This document shows, in pieces, positions 63,657 through 64,000 of a stretch of DNA of 64,000 nt; position 1 is the first letter of the stretch; every line of letters begins with the position of its first letter. The position numbers and the translations under genes were made by a program. The DNA comes from an uncultured Phycisphaeraceae bacterium (GTDB lineage: Bacteria; Planctomycetota; Phycisphaerae; Phycisphaerales; UBA1924), in assembly GCA_964614515.1 (NCBI GenBank), contig CAZTPJ010000012.1, positions 1,691 through 65,690 of the forward strand, given 5' to 3'. Under the pieces are notes generated by a model that did not search any database, had not been told where the DNA came from, and saw nothing but the letters and a program-made list of their open reading frames with translations.

Positions 63657-64000
63657 TTACCGTCGCCCGCCGGCGCTGAAGAGGGAGTTGAAGCAGAGGT
63701 AGTCGAGCACGTCAAGGACGCGGTCGCCGTTGCAATCGGCCCGTGGGTCGCCAGCGCGGAAGCGCTCGGAGAACATAAGAACGTCGAAAGTGTCGTAGAT
63801 CTGGTTCGCATCCTGATCGGCGTAGGAGTCGGCGTCGCAGTCGGGGACGCAGAGTACACCGACGTGCGAATCCCAGTTCGAGGTCGACGGCGCAAGCATG
63901 CTGTGACCCCAGAAGAGACACGGATCGTTTGGATCCGGGTCTATGCCGCTGTAGTCGGCGTGGTGGACGCCGGTTCGTGTCGTGCTGCTGTTCTTGATCA
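63657..64000 (-). CDS. C-terminal part of a secreted protein with a GC-type dockerin-like tail (5' end outside the window)
   Basis: ...CVPDCDADSYADQDANQIYDTFDVLMFSERF...DCNGDRVLDVLDYLCFNSLF. The reading frame stays open to the window edge. Confidence 0.55.
   Translation of the reverse strand, partial: IKNSSTTRTGVHHADYSGIDPDPNDPCLFWGHSMLAPSTSNWDSHVGVLCVPDCDADSYADQDANQIYDTFDVLMFSERFRAGDPRADCNGDRVLDVLDYLCFNSLFSAGGRR

Overview
High-G+C bacterial chromosomal segment. It is probably Planctomycetota, Phycisphaerae-like; this is an inference from cysteine-rich GC-type dockerin tails, PEP-CTERM tails, SBBP and DUF4397 surface proteins, and very GC-rich codon usage. Most of the window is housekeeping. 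It holds the rplK 3' part, two tRNAs (Glu-UUC, Gln-UUG), nadD, folK, ubiX, a detached nuoJKLMN block, tdh, ligA, folD, a glmU-like/prs/ctc/pth block, rpsF-ssb-rplI, rpiA, an ALDH7-type dehydrogenase, rdgB, an RluA-family synthase, fahA, fdx-iscX, miaA and ogt. Accessory content: a Hen1-Pnkp RNA-repair cassette, a PIN toxin-antitoxin pair, a lower-GC AAA/DUF4143 ATPase islet with an E. coli-like promoter and paired operators, a lower-GC DUF2335 islet, a response regulator plus GAF/HD-GYP pair, a Ser/Thr kinase, and several secreted or surface proteins. I found no CRISPR array, transposase, integrase or rRNA. I see no unambiguous novel multi-gene system. The best candidates for a second look are: (1) a two-gene operon of a CrtC-like hydratase-fold protein plus a three-domain membrane enzyme (ICMT-like, PAP2-like, Lgt-like); (2) several families of intergenic palindromic hairpin repeats, one apparently expanded in frame inside rdgB; (3) a 17-nt homopolymer upstream of or inside a surface-protein gene; (4) a 39-40 nt tandem repeat with GNRA-type loops between nuoL and nuoK. 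All calls come from reading the sequence and the supplied translations. No homology search, folding or G+C computation was run. The ORF track uses ATG, GTG and TTG starts, so several starts were trimmed by eye.
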